Assembly: GCA_964611205.1 (NCBI GenBank)
Contig: CAZSZB010000002.1
Location: 74,609-138,608 of the forward strand
Source of the DNA: an uncultured Candidatus Saccharibacteria bacterium
GTDB lineage: Bacteria; Patescibacteriota; Minisyncoccia; Phycocordibacterales; UBA918
Direction: 5' to 3'
DNA length: 64,000 nucleotides
Part shown: in pieces, positions 34,913-45,432 of the stretch
Layout: every line of letters begins with the position of its first letter
Numbering within the stretch: the stretch's first letter is position 1
Program-made: the position numbers and the translations under genes
Notes under the pieces: model-generated
What the model was told of the DNA's origin: nothing
Seen by the model: only the letters and a program-made list of their open reading frames with translations
Database searches by the model: none

Positions 34913-36209
34913 AGGTTAATTTACGAATAGCGTCCGACACTGCATTATCCACCCGACTTCTACCAGATACCACATCTTCTACCATAGTAGCAAATATTTC
35001 ATTGCTGATTTTAGGATTTGGATCAAGCCAACCGCGAGCCACTAAAGCAGCTTTGGTTATCACCTGCCGGTAAGGACTAACGTCTTCTATGGTCAACGCT
35101 GTTCGCAGAGGTGAGGCCATATTCAACGACTGAACTAGGGCAGGGGCATATTGTTCTGAAGCCAGCGTTAAGGCAGCTGCGTAAGCTCCCTGTTTGTTAG
35201 TGGCGGCAGTAGGAATAGCGAATCCATAGAAATCACCATAGGTACGGAAGACTGTGGCTGAAGAACCTTGAGGTATGGTGGAGACATCAAAATTCAAATT
35301 TGGGTTTTTATCGGCTATGTCTCTAACCTCAGAACCAAAACCAAAATAAATTGCTAAATCTTCGGCAATAAAAGCATTCTTAGAACTAGCTTGGGCTCGA
35401 TTCCAAGTATAAAGTGGGCTGGCAGTGTCACTAAAGCGAGTGAAGAAATCCAAAGAAGCCATTACTGGTGGTCTGGCAGAGCTGGAGTCAGCATAGTTCA
35501 TCATTACTTCATAGCCTTTTTCGTCCTGGGTTACTAGTTTACTCCCAGACTGCATCGCTAAACTCATCAAAATAGCTTTAGCATTATCAATGTTGCTAAA
35601 CTCTCCCATAGCAACGGCACTTTGAATAATATTACGACTAGTGTCCCGGATGGTTAAACTTGGTACGACTTTGCTCAGCAGTGTTTCCCAATTACTAGGT
35701 GCCGTTGCGATACCTCCAGTAGCAAAAAGATCACGGTTCCAGTACATAATTAGCGGATCGATAGCAAAAGGAATAGCGTAAACACCATTAACCATCATAA
35801 AAATCTCTGCCCCATCTATATAAGTATCCCTGAAGGCTCTCTCAGATAAAGAAGTGTACGGTATCGGTGTTAATTTTGCTCGATGCTTTACTAGACTATC
35901 TGCTTTAAGAATAATCAAATCTGGAGACCGCCCCTCTGCAACTGCATTAACAAAAACATCATCAAAAGATCTCTCGTCTATGTATTGATATTTGACTACA
36001 TTAAAGTCAGGACTATCAATTGATATCTTGTCGAAAATATTACCCATCACCGATGGATTAAGGGTGCCCCAAATAACTACTTGATCACCGTAAGTATAGT
36101 TAGCTTTTTTTATAGAAGGACTGTAGGTTTTAACTAAAATGAGAGCGAGAATCGCCAAGAAGACGAAGATTCCTAAAAGAGCTATTTGAAATGGTCTGAT
36201 GTTTGTCAT
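34902..36209 (-). CDS. membrane-anchored extracellular solute-binding protein (SBP family 1, MalE-like); no permease or ATPase nearby
   Basis: An N-terminal TM anchor, then VVIWGTLNP...PDLIILKADS...YAIPFAIDPLIMYWNRDLF, typical of family-1 sugar SBPs. The 3' end overlaps the start of pilin paralog 4 by 11 nt, implying translational coupling. Confidence 0.6.
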   Translation of the reverse strand: MTNIRPFQIALLGIFVFLAILALILVKTYSPSIKKANYTYGDQVVIWGTLNPSVMGNIFDKISIDSPDFNVVKYQYIDERSFDDVFVNAVAEGRSPDLIILKADSLVKHRAKLTPIPYTSLSERAFRDTYIDGAEIFMMVNGVYAIPFAIDPLIMYWNRDLFATGGIATAPSNWETLLSKVVPSLTIRDTSRNIIQSAVAMGEFSNIDNAKAILMSLAMQSGSKLVTQDEKGYEVMMNYADSSSARPPVMASLDFFTRFSDTASPLYTWNRAQASSKNAFIAEDLAIYFGFGSEVRDIADKNPNLNFDVSTIPQGSSATVFRTYGDFYGFAIPTAATNKQGAYAAALTLASEQYAPALVQSLNMASPLRTALTIEDVSPYRQVITKAALVARGWLDPNPKISNEIFATMVEDVVSGRSRVDNAVSDAIRKLTFEY

Positions 36210-36214
36210 ATATA

Positions 36215-36784
36215 TTATGGTTTACGAAAAGCTAATCCATAATGATGATCGCCAGCATCGAACTCTCTTTCCAGCACTAAACCAGCTGTTTCGCATAGAG
36301 CCATAGCTTCATCCTTATCTACTACCTGATCGGCTTGTGGTCCCATTCCAGAAAAAGAGTTAGCCCAGTCGATTACAAACAACTTACCACCGTTACGTAG
36401 GGTACGGAATATTTCCTGTAAAGCTATTTCTTTCTGTTCAAATTGAAAAAGAGAATTAACCAAGATTCCAGCGTCTAGTATTCCTGTGGGTATCTTAGTT
36501 CCTTCAATCTCCTCGACATCTGACCATAGCGGATCAACATTAGATAAGTTTTTCAATCTTACTAAGTCACCAATTTTCTCAACTAACTGCTTTTGTATCT
36601 CGCAAGCATAAACACTACCCTCATCACCAACTAATTTTGACAAAGTTTCTAAAAAATAACCCGAGCCTGCTCCGAAGTCGGCTACTTTATCTCCAGGTCT
36701 TAATTGAAAATGAGTAGCAACCACAGAGGGCACCACGAAACGGCCTGAAAAAAGAGGGTTACCAGAAGAGGTATTTGAATCCAT
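36215..36784 (-). CDS. class I SAM-dependent methyltransferase
   Basis: VADFGAGSGYF (motif I), the acidic loop ACEIQ, and LRNGGKLFV (motif post II). 189 aa. Confidence 0.7.
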   Translation of the reverse strand: MDSNTSSGNPLFSGRFVVPSVVATHFQLRPGDKVADFGAGSGYFLETLSKLVGDEGSVYACEIQKQLVEKIGDLVRLKNLSNVDPLWSDVEEIEGTKIPTGILDAGILVNSLFQFEQKEIALQEIFRTLRNGGKLFVIDWANSFSGMGPQADQVVDKDEAMALCETAGLVLEREFDAGDHHYGLAFRKP

Positions 36785-36879
36785 ATTAAATATTATAACC
36801 TAGTAATGTTGCTAATAAAGTTAGGGTGTTGAAGAAAAGGCCGACAGCAAAGCTGTCGGCCTTTTCTTCCATTTCCACT

Positions 36880-39354
36880 TTAGAAGGTAACAATTGAAGC
36901 TATCGAATCACCAGGTCTCATCTTCATTACTTTTACTCCCTGAGTATCGCGACCTAAACTCGGCACGTCTTTCAAAGGAAGTTTGATTACTTGCCCCTTC
37001 TTACTCATTACTACTAACTCTCCCTCTTTTTTGTCTTCACTGCTGAGAGCAGAAGCTCCTACCACCTTACCTGTTTTGCTAGTGACTTTGGCAGTCTTGA
37101 TACCACTACCAGATCTGGATTGTACCTTGTAGTCTTTCACTGAAGTGGTTTTTCCGTATCCGTTTTCCATTACCACAAGGATTTCTCTATCTTTTTCTCC
37201 TTCTTTTAATAATTCAGCTGAAACTATACTGTCACCAGCTTTCAATTTCATACCAGAGACTCCAGCGGCCGTACGTCCCATCTGACGAACATCAGACTCT
37301 TTAAAGCGAATCGCTTGACCATTACTGGTTATCAGCATCACCTCATCACCAGCACCGACAAACATCGCTCCTACTAACCTGTCCTCTTCCTTAAGATTTA
37401 TACCTATTAGACCACTACGTCTCACATCTTTAAAGGCTGAGGCATCTGATTTCTTGACCACTCCACCTCGAGTTACCATCAATAGACTCCATTCCCCTTC
37501 CCAATCCTCTTTGCGCACTGGTAAGACTGAAGTGACGTTTTCATCAGAGGTAAGAGACAAGAAATTCATAATTGATTTCCCTTTCGTAGCTCTTCGTCCT
37601 TCAGGAATGTCATACATACGACACTGATAGACTCTACCTTTATCTGTAAAGAATAGGAGATCACTGTGAGTTGAAGTAGTTACTAGCTTAGTTACCACAT
37701 CTTCTTCTTTTGTATTTAAATCTACTACTCCTACCCCTCCACGTTTTTGGGTCTTGTATTCAGCTGGGTTGGTACGCTTAACATAGCCACCTCGAGTTAA
37801 GACCAAAACACTTTCCTCGTCAGCGATTAGATCTTCAGGGCTGATATTCTTAACTCCTCCTTTTACTATCTTAGTTCGACGTTCATCGCCAAATCTAGCT
37901 GAAGCGTCAGCCAATTCTTCTTTAATGATACCGAGCATCTTCGTCTTACTTTTTAGAATACTCTCTAGTTCTTTGATTAGAGCCTGTACTTCTTTCAGCT
38001 CATCCTCAATTTTCTTACGCTCCAGTCCAGCCAGCTTCTGCAAACGCATATCAAGAATAGCCTGAGCTTGAACTGTCGAGAACTTAAATTCTTTCATCAA
38101 AGCAGCGTGGGCAGTTGGCACATCTTTAGCTGCTCTTATCAGCTTGATTATCTTATCGATATGATCAAGAGCTTTTTTAAGACCTAAAAGAATATGTTCT
38201 CGGTCCTTGGCTTTATTAAGGTCGTATTGAGTTCGGCGTCTAATTACTTCAACCCGGTGTTTGATATATTCTTGCAGAATGACCTTCAGTGACAAAGTCT
38301 GCGGGACACCGTCCACCAACGCAACCATATTGTAATGAAAAGCATCCTCCAACTGGGTGTGTTTGTAAAGCTTATTTAAAACTGTTTGCGGGTTAGCTCC
38401 ACTCTTAAGATCAATAACTACTCTAATATCAGAGGTAGATTCGTCACGCATTTCTTTAATGCCTTCGATTTTCTTATCTCTTACTAAGTTGGCAATCTTT
38501 TCTTGCATATCCGCCTTGTTCACTCGGAAAGGAATCGAGGTAATCAATATTGAATAATTACCTTTTTTATCTTCAACTATTTCTGCCTCACCACGACAAA
38601 CTACTCCTCCTTTACCGTTGGCATAAGCATGAGTTATAGCTTTTTTATCAAAAGCAATACCGCCCATCGGGAAGTCTGGACCCTGGATAAACTTAAGCAA
38701 ATCATCAGTAGAAGCTTCTGGATTATCAATTAAGTGTGTTACAGCATCTACCACCTCTCTAAGATTATGAGGAGGAATGTTGGTTGCCATACCGACAGCA
38801 ATACCGAGTGTTCCCAGCAAGAGCAAGTTCGGTAAGCCAGCCGGCAAAACTTCTGGTTCTTTCTTAGTTCCATCAAAGTTAGGACGCCAATTTACAGTAT
38901 CTTTCTCTAGGTCACGAAGCATTTCTTCAGCCACCTTAGACATCTTGGCCTCAGTATAACGATAGGCAGCAGCCGAGTCTCCATCAATAGAACCAAAGTT
39001 TCCCTGTCCTAAAACTAGCGGGTAACGAGTAGAGAAAACCTGCGCCAGTTTAACCATTGATTCGTACACAGCAGAGTCACCATGAGGGTGAAAACTACCA
39101 AGTACATCTCCCACTACCGTCGCTGATTTTCTAAATTTAGCAGTTGAAGTCAGACCATTAAGACGCATCGAATAAAGAATTCGACGGTGAACAGGCTTCA
39201 AACCATCCCGAACATCAGGAAGAGCTCGAGAGGTGATTACGCTCATAGCATAATCTAAATAAGCAGTGCGCATCTCATCAGTAATATTTTGAGCAACAAT
39301 ACCGCGAGCGCGTTCAGGTTGTTTTGATTCAGGTTCAGTTCGCTTTTTCGGCAT
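36880..39354 (-). CDS. gyrA: DNA gyrase subunit A
   Basis: The active-site Tyr region ([12 protein letters not shown]), a QRDR-like region ([13 protein letters not shown]), a GyrA-box ([10 protein letters not shown]) and a C-terminal beta-pinwheel. 824 aa. Confidence 0.9.
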   Translation of the reverse strand: MPKKRTEPESKQPERARGIVAQNITDEMRTAYLDYAMSVITSRALPDVRDGLKPVHRRILYSMRLNGLTSTAKFRKSATVVGDVLGSFHPHGDSAVYESMVKLAQVFSTRYPLVLGQGNFGSIDGDSAAAYRYTEAKMSKVAEEMLRDLEKDTVNWRPNFDGTKKEPEVLPAGLPNLLLLGTLGIAVGMATNIPPHNLREVVDAVTHLIDNPEASTDDLLKFIQGPDFPMGGIAFDKKAITHAYANGKGGVVCRGEAEIVEDKKGNYSILITSIPFRVNKADMQEKIANLVRDKKIEGIKEMRDESTSDIRVVIDLKSGANPQTVLNKLYKHTQLEDAFHYNMVALVDGVPQTLSLKVILQEYIKHRVEVIRRRTQYDLNKAKDREHILLGLKKALDHIDKIIKLIRAAKDVPTAHAALMKEFKFSTVQAQAILDMRLQKLAGLERKKIEDELKEVQALIKELESILKSKTKMLGIIKEELADASARFGDERRTKIVKGGVKNISPEDLIADEESVLVLTRGGYVKRTNPAEYKTQKRGGVGVVDLNTKEEDVVTKLVTTSTHSDLLFFTDKGRVYQCRMYDIPEGRRATKGKSIMNFLSLTSDENVTSVLPVRKEDWEGEWSLLMVTRGGVVKKSDASAFKDVRRSGLIGINLKEEDRLVGAMFVGAGDEVMLITSNGQAIRFKESDVRQMGRTAAGVSGMKLKAGDSIVSAELLKEGEKDREILVVMENGYGKTTSVKDYKVQSRSGSGIKTAKVTSKTGKVVGASALSSEDKKEGELVVMSKKGQVIKLPLKDVPSLGRDTQGVKVMKMRPGDSIASIVTF

Positions 39355-39387
39355 AAAAATTACGTAATCTTAGTCAATATAGTGGGG

Positions 39388-39855
39388 CTATTGTACCACA
39401 TTGTCTGACTTCTTGTTACTTGAAGTAGCTATTAATATTTGTCGTGCTTCAGTCGTTGTGGCAGGCTTTTCTTCTGATTTATTATCAAGATTCTCATTAT
39501 TTTCCTCAGAAGAAGTAGCGAACATCATTTTTACAATATCATTCCTCTCAGCAGCTTCCTTTTCTTTGGCTTTTTCGGCGCCAGCGTCGTCTGTAGTTCC
39601 TGGATTAGACAGAGCTCTCTCAAGCCCTTTAGATATGTTAGCAAATTGACCTTTTATATCAGACATTGCTCGAACAAAACCACCTGGCACTTTAGTATTT
39701 GTAGCACTAGTGTTTGATAATTCAGAAAAACGAGCCGGCATCGATATCACCCAAATAGAAGTCACTAATGATGTGACCAAAACTGCCCCCACTAGGGCGT
39801 ATCGATTTCGTACATTTCTAGGTTTCTGTCTAAGTTTTTCTAACTTTTTAAACAT
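39388..39855 (-). CDS. hypothetical membrane-anchored protein
   Basis: 155 aa. A single TM (YALVGAVLVTSLVTSIWVI) followed by a charged, low-complexity tail. Confidence 0.35.
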   Translation of the reverse strand: MFKKLEKLRQKPRNVRNRYALVGAVLVTSLVTSIWVISMPARFSELSNTSATNTKVPGGFVRAMSDIKGQFANISKGLERALSNPGTTDDAGAEKAKEKEAAERNDIVKMMFATSSEENNENLDNKSEEKPATTTEARQILIATSSNKKSDNVVQ

Positions 39856-39914
39856 AATTTTAAAGACAAATTATGAACCAACTCCTGCCAGTCCACCAGC
39901 CACACCAAAAAACA

Positions 39915-40592
39915 CTATTTAGAATTCAAGACAATGATCTCGCCAGTCATCATCTCCACTTCTTTTTTCTTAATGGTGAGCTTATCGATTGGTTTAATGT
40001 CGGATTCCCCTTCTTCTTTGACGAAAGCAGATAATGCATTTTTATCATAATGCATTGGTATGACACATTTAGCTTCCAATTTAACAGCTAATTTAGAAGC
40101 CTGAGGGACCTCCATCACATCGCCGCCACCGATTGGTAAGAACAAGATATCAATATCTCCTAACTCAGACAGAATTTTCGAGTCAATCTCTGGGTCACTT
40201 AAAGCTCCTAGGAAAATCATATTGATACCCTCTAATTGAACCTGGTAGATAGTAACGAAACGCTCTTTTTTATCATAAATTGTTTTTATCCCATAACCTC
40301 GAGCCGTTACGTCTCCCACTTCGTATTCACCAGGACCATCGATTACAAAAGGTTGTTTATTACCATGACTGACTTGTTCAGAACCATTAAAATCAGGATG
40401 GTGCATCGAAATAAAGGCAATGTCAGATCCAAATTTAGCTGGTGATAATGATGATTTTTTTGAAATTGGGTCAAACGCCAACGTAGTGTCACCAAAAGAC
40501 ACTTTAAAACACTGACCGCCGTGATATGTGATAACCATAATCCGAGCATTATACAGCAAGAAAAGATGAAGAGCGAGGATACAGATATTCAA
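39915..40592 (-). CDS. metal-dependent hydrolase, MBL fold (UPF0173 family)
   Basis: MVITYHGGQCFKV...LAFDP, ISMHHPDFNG and ILFLPIGG. The likely start is MVITYHGG near 40536. Confidence 0.6.
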   Translation of the reverse strand: MNICILALHLFLLYNARIMVITYHGGQCFKVSFGDTTLAFDPISKKSSLSPAKFGSDIAFISMHHPDFNGSEQVSHGNKQPFVIDGPGEYEVGDVTARGYGIKTIYDKKERFVTIYQVQLEGINMIFLGALSDPEIDSKILSELGDIDILFLPIGGGDVMEVPQASKLAVKLEAKCVIPMHYDKNALSAFVKEEGESDIKPIDKLTIKKKEVEMMTGEIIVLNSK

Positions 40593-40823
40593 TTACATCT
40601 ACTCTGACTAAGAAGATGGCCGGGGAGATTTTAAATGTATTTAAGTATTGCAAAATCTCACTGACAAGGTATAGTAGCGACACTCTTTTGGAGTTTATAA
40701 GTTTCTAGCGGCACACGTTTAACCCCGTATTCACGAACAAAGGCACGTTTAAAAATTCCAATTTTTAGACTTTGCGCAAAGGTTATACGGACGCGTGTCG
40801 TCGGATTAAATATATACAAATAT

Positions 40824-41948
40824 ATGGTAGAAGATACAACAGTAGCCGCTACGGCTGCTGAGAATAAGGGTGTTATGCAGTCTTTACTAGTTGACAGCCC
40901 TACCCCACCACAATTGGGTGAATTAGTAGAAGGAACCGTTTCAGCCGTTGGTCGAGCTCGAGTCTTTATTGACCTGCCACCATTTGGTACTGGTATTATT
41001 TATGGTCGTGAGTATATGAATGCTCGCGATATTCTACGTAAAGTAGCAATGGGAGACACTATCGCCGCTAAGGTAGTCGACACCGGTAACGAAGACGGTT
41101 ATATAGAACTTTCACTTAAAGAAGCTCGTCAAGCTTTAATCTGGTCAGACGCAGAATTAGCTGTTAAGGAAGGCAAGACTTTCTCTCTAGCAGTAAAAGC
41201 AGCTAACAAAGGTGGTTTGATTATGGAGTGGCAAGGTATTCAAGGATTCCTACCTGCTTCACAATTATCTACCGAAAATTATCCTCGCGTAGCGGATGGT
41301 GATAAGGATAAGATCCTAACTGCCCTAAACGATCTAGTCGATACGCACCTCAGTGTGGTGATGATTACAGCTGATCAAAAAGAAGGTAAGTTAATCTTCT
41401 CAGAAAAGGGACCGCAAGAAAAAGAAGTCAAAGAAGAGAAAGTAGGTAAATACCAGGTTGGAGATGTTCTATCTGGTGAAGTTACCGGTGCAGTTGACTT
41501 TGGTGTCTTTGTAAAAATTGAAGACGGACTCGAAGGATTGGTCCACATTTCTGAACTTGACTGGGGTCTAGTGGAAGACACACGTAGTATGTTCAAAGTT
41601 GGACAGAAAGTAGAAGTTAAAGTTATTGAAGTGAAAGACGACAAAATTTCTCTCTCTATAAAACAATTGCGCGAAAACCCTTGGGTAGTTGCTGCTAACA
41701 AATATAAGAAAGGAGAACAAGTAGACGGTGTAGTGATTAAGTACAACAAACATGGTGCCTTGGCTTCTATTGAAGAAGGAGTAGCTGGTTTGGTACACAT
41801 CTCTGAATTTGAGAATGAAGACGCTCTTAAAACCGAACTCCCACTTGGTAGTGTACATAAATTCACTATTTCATTATTTGAACCAGGTGATCAAAAAATG
41901 ACTTTGAGTTTCAAAAGTGAAGCTAAGGAAGAGAAAAAGCCTGAATAA
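40824..41948 (+). CDS. rpsA: ribosomal protein S1-like protein with four S1 RNA-binding repeats
   Basis: Repeated S1 OB-fold signatures: GELVEGTVSAVGRARVFIDL..., GDTIAAKVVD, GDVLSGEVTGAVDFGVFVKIEDGLEGLVHISEL, GEQVDGVVIKYNKHGALASIEEGVAGLVHISEF. Confidence 0.7.
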   Translation: MVEDTTVAATAAENKGVMQSLLVDSPTPPQLGELVEGTVSAVGRARVFIDLPPFGTGIIYGREYMNARDILRKVAMGDTIAAKVVDTGNEDGYIELSLKEARQALIWSDAELAVKEGKTFSLAVKAANKGGLIMEWQGIQGFLPASQLSTENYPRVADGDKDKILTALNDLVDTHLSVVMITADQKEGKLIFSEKGPQEKEVKEEKVGKYQVGDVLSGEVTGAVDFGVFVKIEDGLEGLVHISELDWGLVEDTRSMFKVGQKVEVKVIEVKDDKISLSIKQLRENPWVVAANKYKKGEQVDGVVIKYNKHGALASIEEGVAGLVHISEFENEDALKTELPLGSVHKFTISLFEPGDQKMTLSFKSEAKEEKKPE

Positions 41949-41980
41949 TAGACCGACGATTGTGTAACTGATTACACACT

Positions 41981-42020
41981 CAAAGACAAAATGGCCGGGA
42001 GCTTTGCTCCCGGCCATTTT
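41981..42020. terminator. bidirectional terminator between the S1 gene and pth
   Basis: GACAAAATGGCCGGGAGC-ttt-GCTCCCGGCCATTTTGTC: a perfect 18-bp stem. Confidence 0.7.
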
Positions 42021-42037
42021 GTCTCCCCTACAGAAAG

Positions 42038-42622
42038 TTAGTTAAACTGACTCATCGTCTTTTCTACACCATTCTCTACAATACTTACTATTACATTATT
42101 TATAATGCTGCCGACATTCTCTAATTCCATCTGTTCTCGCTTTTTGAAATCACCTAACACATATTTGGCCAGTCGTTCGCCTTTAGGTCGCCTGGTCTGA
42201 CCCGTCCAAATTGAACGCGGTGAAATACCGACTCGTATTCTGATAAAATCCTTACTTCCGAGAGCGTCGATTATAGATTTGATACCATTGTGTCCGCCAT
42301 CACCTTTCCCTACTGATATCTTGAATTCGCCTAAAGACAAATCTACATCATCATAAATTACAATTAATTTACCTATGTCATCTTTGGCTAAGAATTTTTT
42401 CACGGCCTGTCCGGAATGGTTCATGAAAGTGTCCGGTTTAAGTAAAAAAATCTCCTCATCTTTTATTATGCCGCTACTTATTTCTCCACTATATTTACTC
42501 GATGTGACAAAATCGGGTAGACGCATAATCTGAACCAAAAAATCCAAAATAATGAAACCGATGTTATGTCTGGTGTTAGCGTATTTCTCACCAGGGTTGC
42601 CTAAACCTACTATATAAAACAT
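42038..42622 (-). CDS. pth: peptidyl-tRNA hydrolase
   Basis: MFYIVGLGNPGEKYANTRHNIGF and GGHNGIKSI motifs. Confidence 0.9.
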   Translation of the reverse strand: MFYIVGLGNPGEKYANTRHNIGFIILDFLVQIMRLPDFVTSSKYSGEISSGIIKDEEIFLLKPDTFMNHSGQAVKKFLAKDDIGKLIVIYDDVDLSLGEFKISVGKGDGGHNGIKSIIDALGSKDFIRIRVGISPRSIWTGQTRRPKGERLAKYVLGDFKKREQMELENVGSIINNVIVSIVENGVEKTMSQFN

Positions 42623-42748
42623 TATCGCTAGTATAACAGAACATTGTTTTAAAAATATTTTGCTATATTTTTTTGCTTAATTTGTTTTGCCTCGTGATTT
42701 CATTTATAATGTGTCTCAAGACACATTATTTCTATTTTTATAACCAGT

Positions 42749-43363
42749 ATGAGTTCTTTAGAAGTTAAAAAAACAATTGAAAACGAAGACCAGATGGAGC
42801 CTTCTGTAAAGAACAAGAGTTTTGTTCTGGAGCTATCACAATTCATTATTCTAGCCATCTTGATAGTAGCTCCCATCAGAATGTTCGTAGCTCAACCATT
42901 CTTAGTCTCTGGTGCTTCTATGGAAAACACCTTTGATAATGGTGATTATCTGATAATAGACCAACTCACTTATCACTTTAATGACCCTAAGCGCGGTGAT
43001 GTCATTATTTTCCGCTACCCTAAAGACCCTTCCAAGTTCTTCATTAAACGCATTATAGGCATACCTGGAGACACTATCAATATCGAAGATAATGTAGTCA
43101 CACTAACCACAAGCACCGGAGCAAGTCAGATTCTAGACGAACCTTATGTCAAAGCCATGAACAATAATAATCACTACAATGTAACTCTCGACGAAGGCAA
43201 TTATTTTGTGATGGGAGACAATCGTGACCGTAGCTCAGATTCCAGAGTTTGGGGAGTCTTAGATAGAGAGAACATTATCGGTCGCACATTTTTACGACTC
43301 TTCCCTTTTGACCACATCTCTACCTTCCCCGGATCAGCACACATAAACTTATCAGATTCATAA
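42749..43363 (+). CDS. lepB: signal peptidase I
   Basis: An N-terminal TM, then SGASMENTF (the Ser nucleophile box), RGDVIIFRYP, KRIIGIPGD and GDNRDRSSDSR (box E). Confidence 0.85.
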   Translation: MSSLEVKKTIENEDQMEPSVKNKSFVLELSQFIILAILIVAPIRMFVAQPFLVSGASMENTFDNGDYLIIDQLTYHFNDPKRGDVIIFRYPKDPSKFFIKRIIGIPGDTINIEDNVVTLTTSTGASQILDEPYVKAMNNNNHYNVTLDEGNYFVMGDNRDRSSDSRVWGVLDRENIIGRTFLRLFPFDHISTFPGSAHINLSDS

Positions 43364-43376
43364 AATACATCAGTCT

Positions 43377-44561
43377 ATGGAAATCACCCCAACAACATTC
43401 ATAAAACAAGCCATCAGTACCGCTGAGTATTTCGGTTTTTCAAATCTAGATGTAATCAAGAAACATCCTAGTTGTAAAAATTGCACCACAAAATTAGAAA
43501 ACACCGCCTCTGCTATGGATAGACGAATTGATAATCTCAACGGTCTTTTGACGACTGGTATAAATAATTTTTGCGACAACAAACTAAACGCTATCGAAGA
43601 ACCAGTCTTATTCTATACAATCGAGCAAGTACCACGCTCTGGCGAAGCAGCAATAAGCTTCCAAATCTATAATGTCAATAACAGCATTGCTGAATCTATT
43701 TTAATCCAGACTACTAAATCACTAAGTAATGATTTAGGTTACCAAAACCATTCAGTGCGAATTAACTCTCTTGGCGATAGAGACTCTTCAACTCGCTTTG
43801 TCCGAGAACTATCCAATTATCTAAGAAAGCGCGTTAATGATTTACCGGAATCAGCTCGTGAAATAATGAAAGAAGATACTGTTAATGCATTATTTAATCT
43901 TTTGGACCAAAAACACGAATTGGCTTATAAATCTCCGAACCCTCTAGAATATCTGACCGACCAGTCTCGTAAACACTTCCGGGAAATCATCGAATTTTTA
44001 GATATGTCTGAAACTTCTTATGAGATAGATTCAAAATTAATGGGTCACAACAATTGTTATTCGGAGGCAATGTTTGCTATCGATTTATTAGACAATAAAA
44101 CTGGTGAACACATTAAAGACTCTCCTATTACCATCTCCGGAGGTCGCTATAATGAATTTGTCCATCGTAATACAAAGCAACCAATTCCGGCTGCCGGAGC
44201 TGTAGTAGTGCTACAAAAACAAAAAGCTCCTACTCGCCTACCACGAATCAAACTCTCTACCCCTTCCGTTTATGTAGTACAGCTTGGATTAGGACCTAAG
44301 ATGAGAAGCTTGATATTGATTGATCAGCTTAAACAAGCAGGAATTAATGTTTATCAGGATTTGGCCAGTGACTCTCTTTCTACCCAGTTACGTGATGCTG
44401 AAAATAAAGGTGTACCTTACGCCATAATCATTGGCCAAAAGGAATTCGTAGAAGGAGGAGTGATATTGCGTGATATGGTAGCTCGCAACCAAGAACAGGT
44501 ATCTTTCGCCAATGTCATAACTCGACTTAAACGCTCCAAAAAAGTACCCTCAACAAACTAA
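43377..44561 (+). CDS. hisS: histidyl-tRNA synthetase-like class IIa protein (HisS/HisZ family) with a divergent catalytic core
   Basis: A GGRYNEF motif (the HisRS GGRYD box) and a C-terminal class IIa anticodon-binding domain (VYVVQLGLGPK...AENKGVPYAIIIGQKEFVEGGVILRDM). The N-terminal motifs 1 and 2 are hard to recognise. Confidence 0.5.
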   Translation: MEITPTTFIKQAISTAEYFGFSNLDVIKKHPSCKNCTTKLENTASAMDRRIDNLNGLLTTGINNFCDNKLNAIEEPVLFYTIEQVPRSGEAAISFQIYNVNNSIAESILIQTTKSLSNDLGYQNHSVRINSLGDRDSSTRFVRELSNYLRKRVNDLPESAREIMKEDTVNALFNLLDQKHELAYKSPNPLEYLTDQSRKHFREIIEFLDMSETSYEIDSKLMGHNNCYSEAMFAIDLLDNKTGEHIKDSPITISGGRYNEFVHRNTKQPIPAAGAVVVLQKQKAPTRLPRIKLSTPSVYVVQLGLGPKMRSLILIDQLKQAGINVYQDLASDSLSTQLRDAENKGVPYAIIIGQKEFVEGGVILRDMVARNQEQVSFANVITRLKRSKKVPSTN

Positions 44562-44619
44562 TCTTTGCCTTTATCGCACTTGCTTCTCAAGAGTATAAAT
44601 GCTATATTTTTGCCCACAT

Positions 44620-44865
44620 ATGGCAATAAACGTCCGAGTAGAAAAAAATAACAACGAAAGTAGCGCTAACGTAATTAGACGCTTTACCAAACGAGTCCAA
44701 CATTCTGGAATTATTCCTAGAATGCGCAAGAATCGCTATTTCGCCCGTGTTAAGAGTGAAAACGTACGAAGAGAAGCACGTCTTAAGAAACTAGACCGCA
44801 AAGTTGAGTACGAGAAACAACTTAAACTAGGGAAAATACAAGAACGAGTTGGTACACGGCGCTAA
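44620..44865 (+). CDS. rpsU: 30S ribosomal protein S21-like
   Basis: MAINVRVEKNNNESSANVIRRFTKRVQHSGIIPRMRKNRYFARVKSENVRREARLKKL is basic and follows the S21 pattern (V.V......ALRRFKR....G). The start was chosen at the internal ATG at 44620. Confidence 0.55.
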   Translation: MAINVRVEKNNNESSANVIRRFTKRVQHSGIIPRMRKNRYFARVKSENVRREARLKKLDRKVEYEKQLKLGKIQERVGTRR

Positions 44866-44984
44866 ACTAAAAGAAAAAACAAAAGCTTGCCTAACCAGCA
44901 AGTTTTTTGTTTTTTATTAATAGACAGATAATAATAAAACTGCAGCCTCTAACTTCTAGCCAGTGTTATACTTACATAATCATG

Positions 44985-45362
44985 AGTAACTTCTTCATAT
45001 CAAGTACCGTCCGTCATTACCCGAAACTTTCTTATGAAAAAATTAAGACAGACATATTAGGTTCTGATTACAATTTATCCTTAACCTTTGTCGGGAGCCA
45101 AAGAGCAAAAACTCTCAATCAAAAATACCGCAAAGCTAGCTATGTACCGAACGTTCTGTCTTTTCCTCTTGATGAAAAACATGGCGAAATATTTATAACT
45201 CCCACTGTTGCCTCTAGTGAAGCAAAAAAATTTTCTATGACCAAAGATGGTTATATTGGTTTTTTGTTTATCCACGGTTGCTTACACCTAAAAGGTCATG
45301 GTCATGGTGTTACAATGGAGGAAGCGGAAGCAAAATATTGTAAGAAATACGGATTAAAATAG
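44985..45362 (+). CDS. ybeY: rRNA maturation endoribonuclease YbeY
   Basis: IHGCLHLKGHGHG (the H3xH5xH metal motif) and YVPNVLSFPLDE. The start was chosen at MSNFF. Confidence 0.75.
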   Translation, partial: SNFFISSTVRHYPKLSYEKIKTDILGSDYNLSLTFVGSQRAKTLNQKYRKASYVPNVLSFPLDEKHGEIFITPTVASSEAKKFSMTKDGYIGFLFIHGCLHLKGHGHGVTMEEAEAKYCKKYGLK

Positions 45363-45432
45363 CACATAAGAAATAATGTTTCTTATGTGTATATGAATAA
45401 GATAATGTTTTTGCAAAACAAAGATTTATATT

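Noticed and set aside
40593-40823. Riboswitch or leader upstream of the S1-like gene (repeated CACGTTTAA motif)
   Set aside because: There is only a short direct repeat and no recognisable riboswitch core, so the evidence is insufficient.
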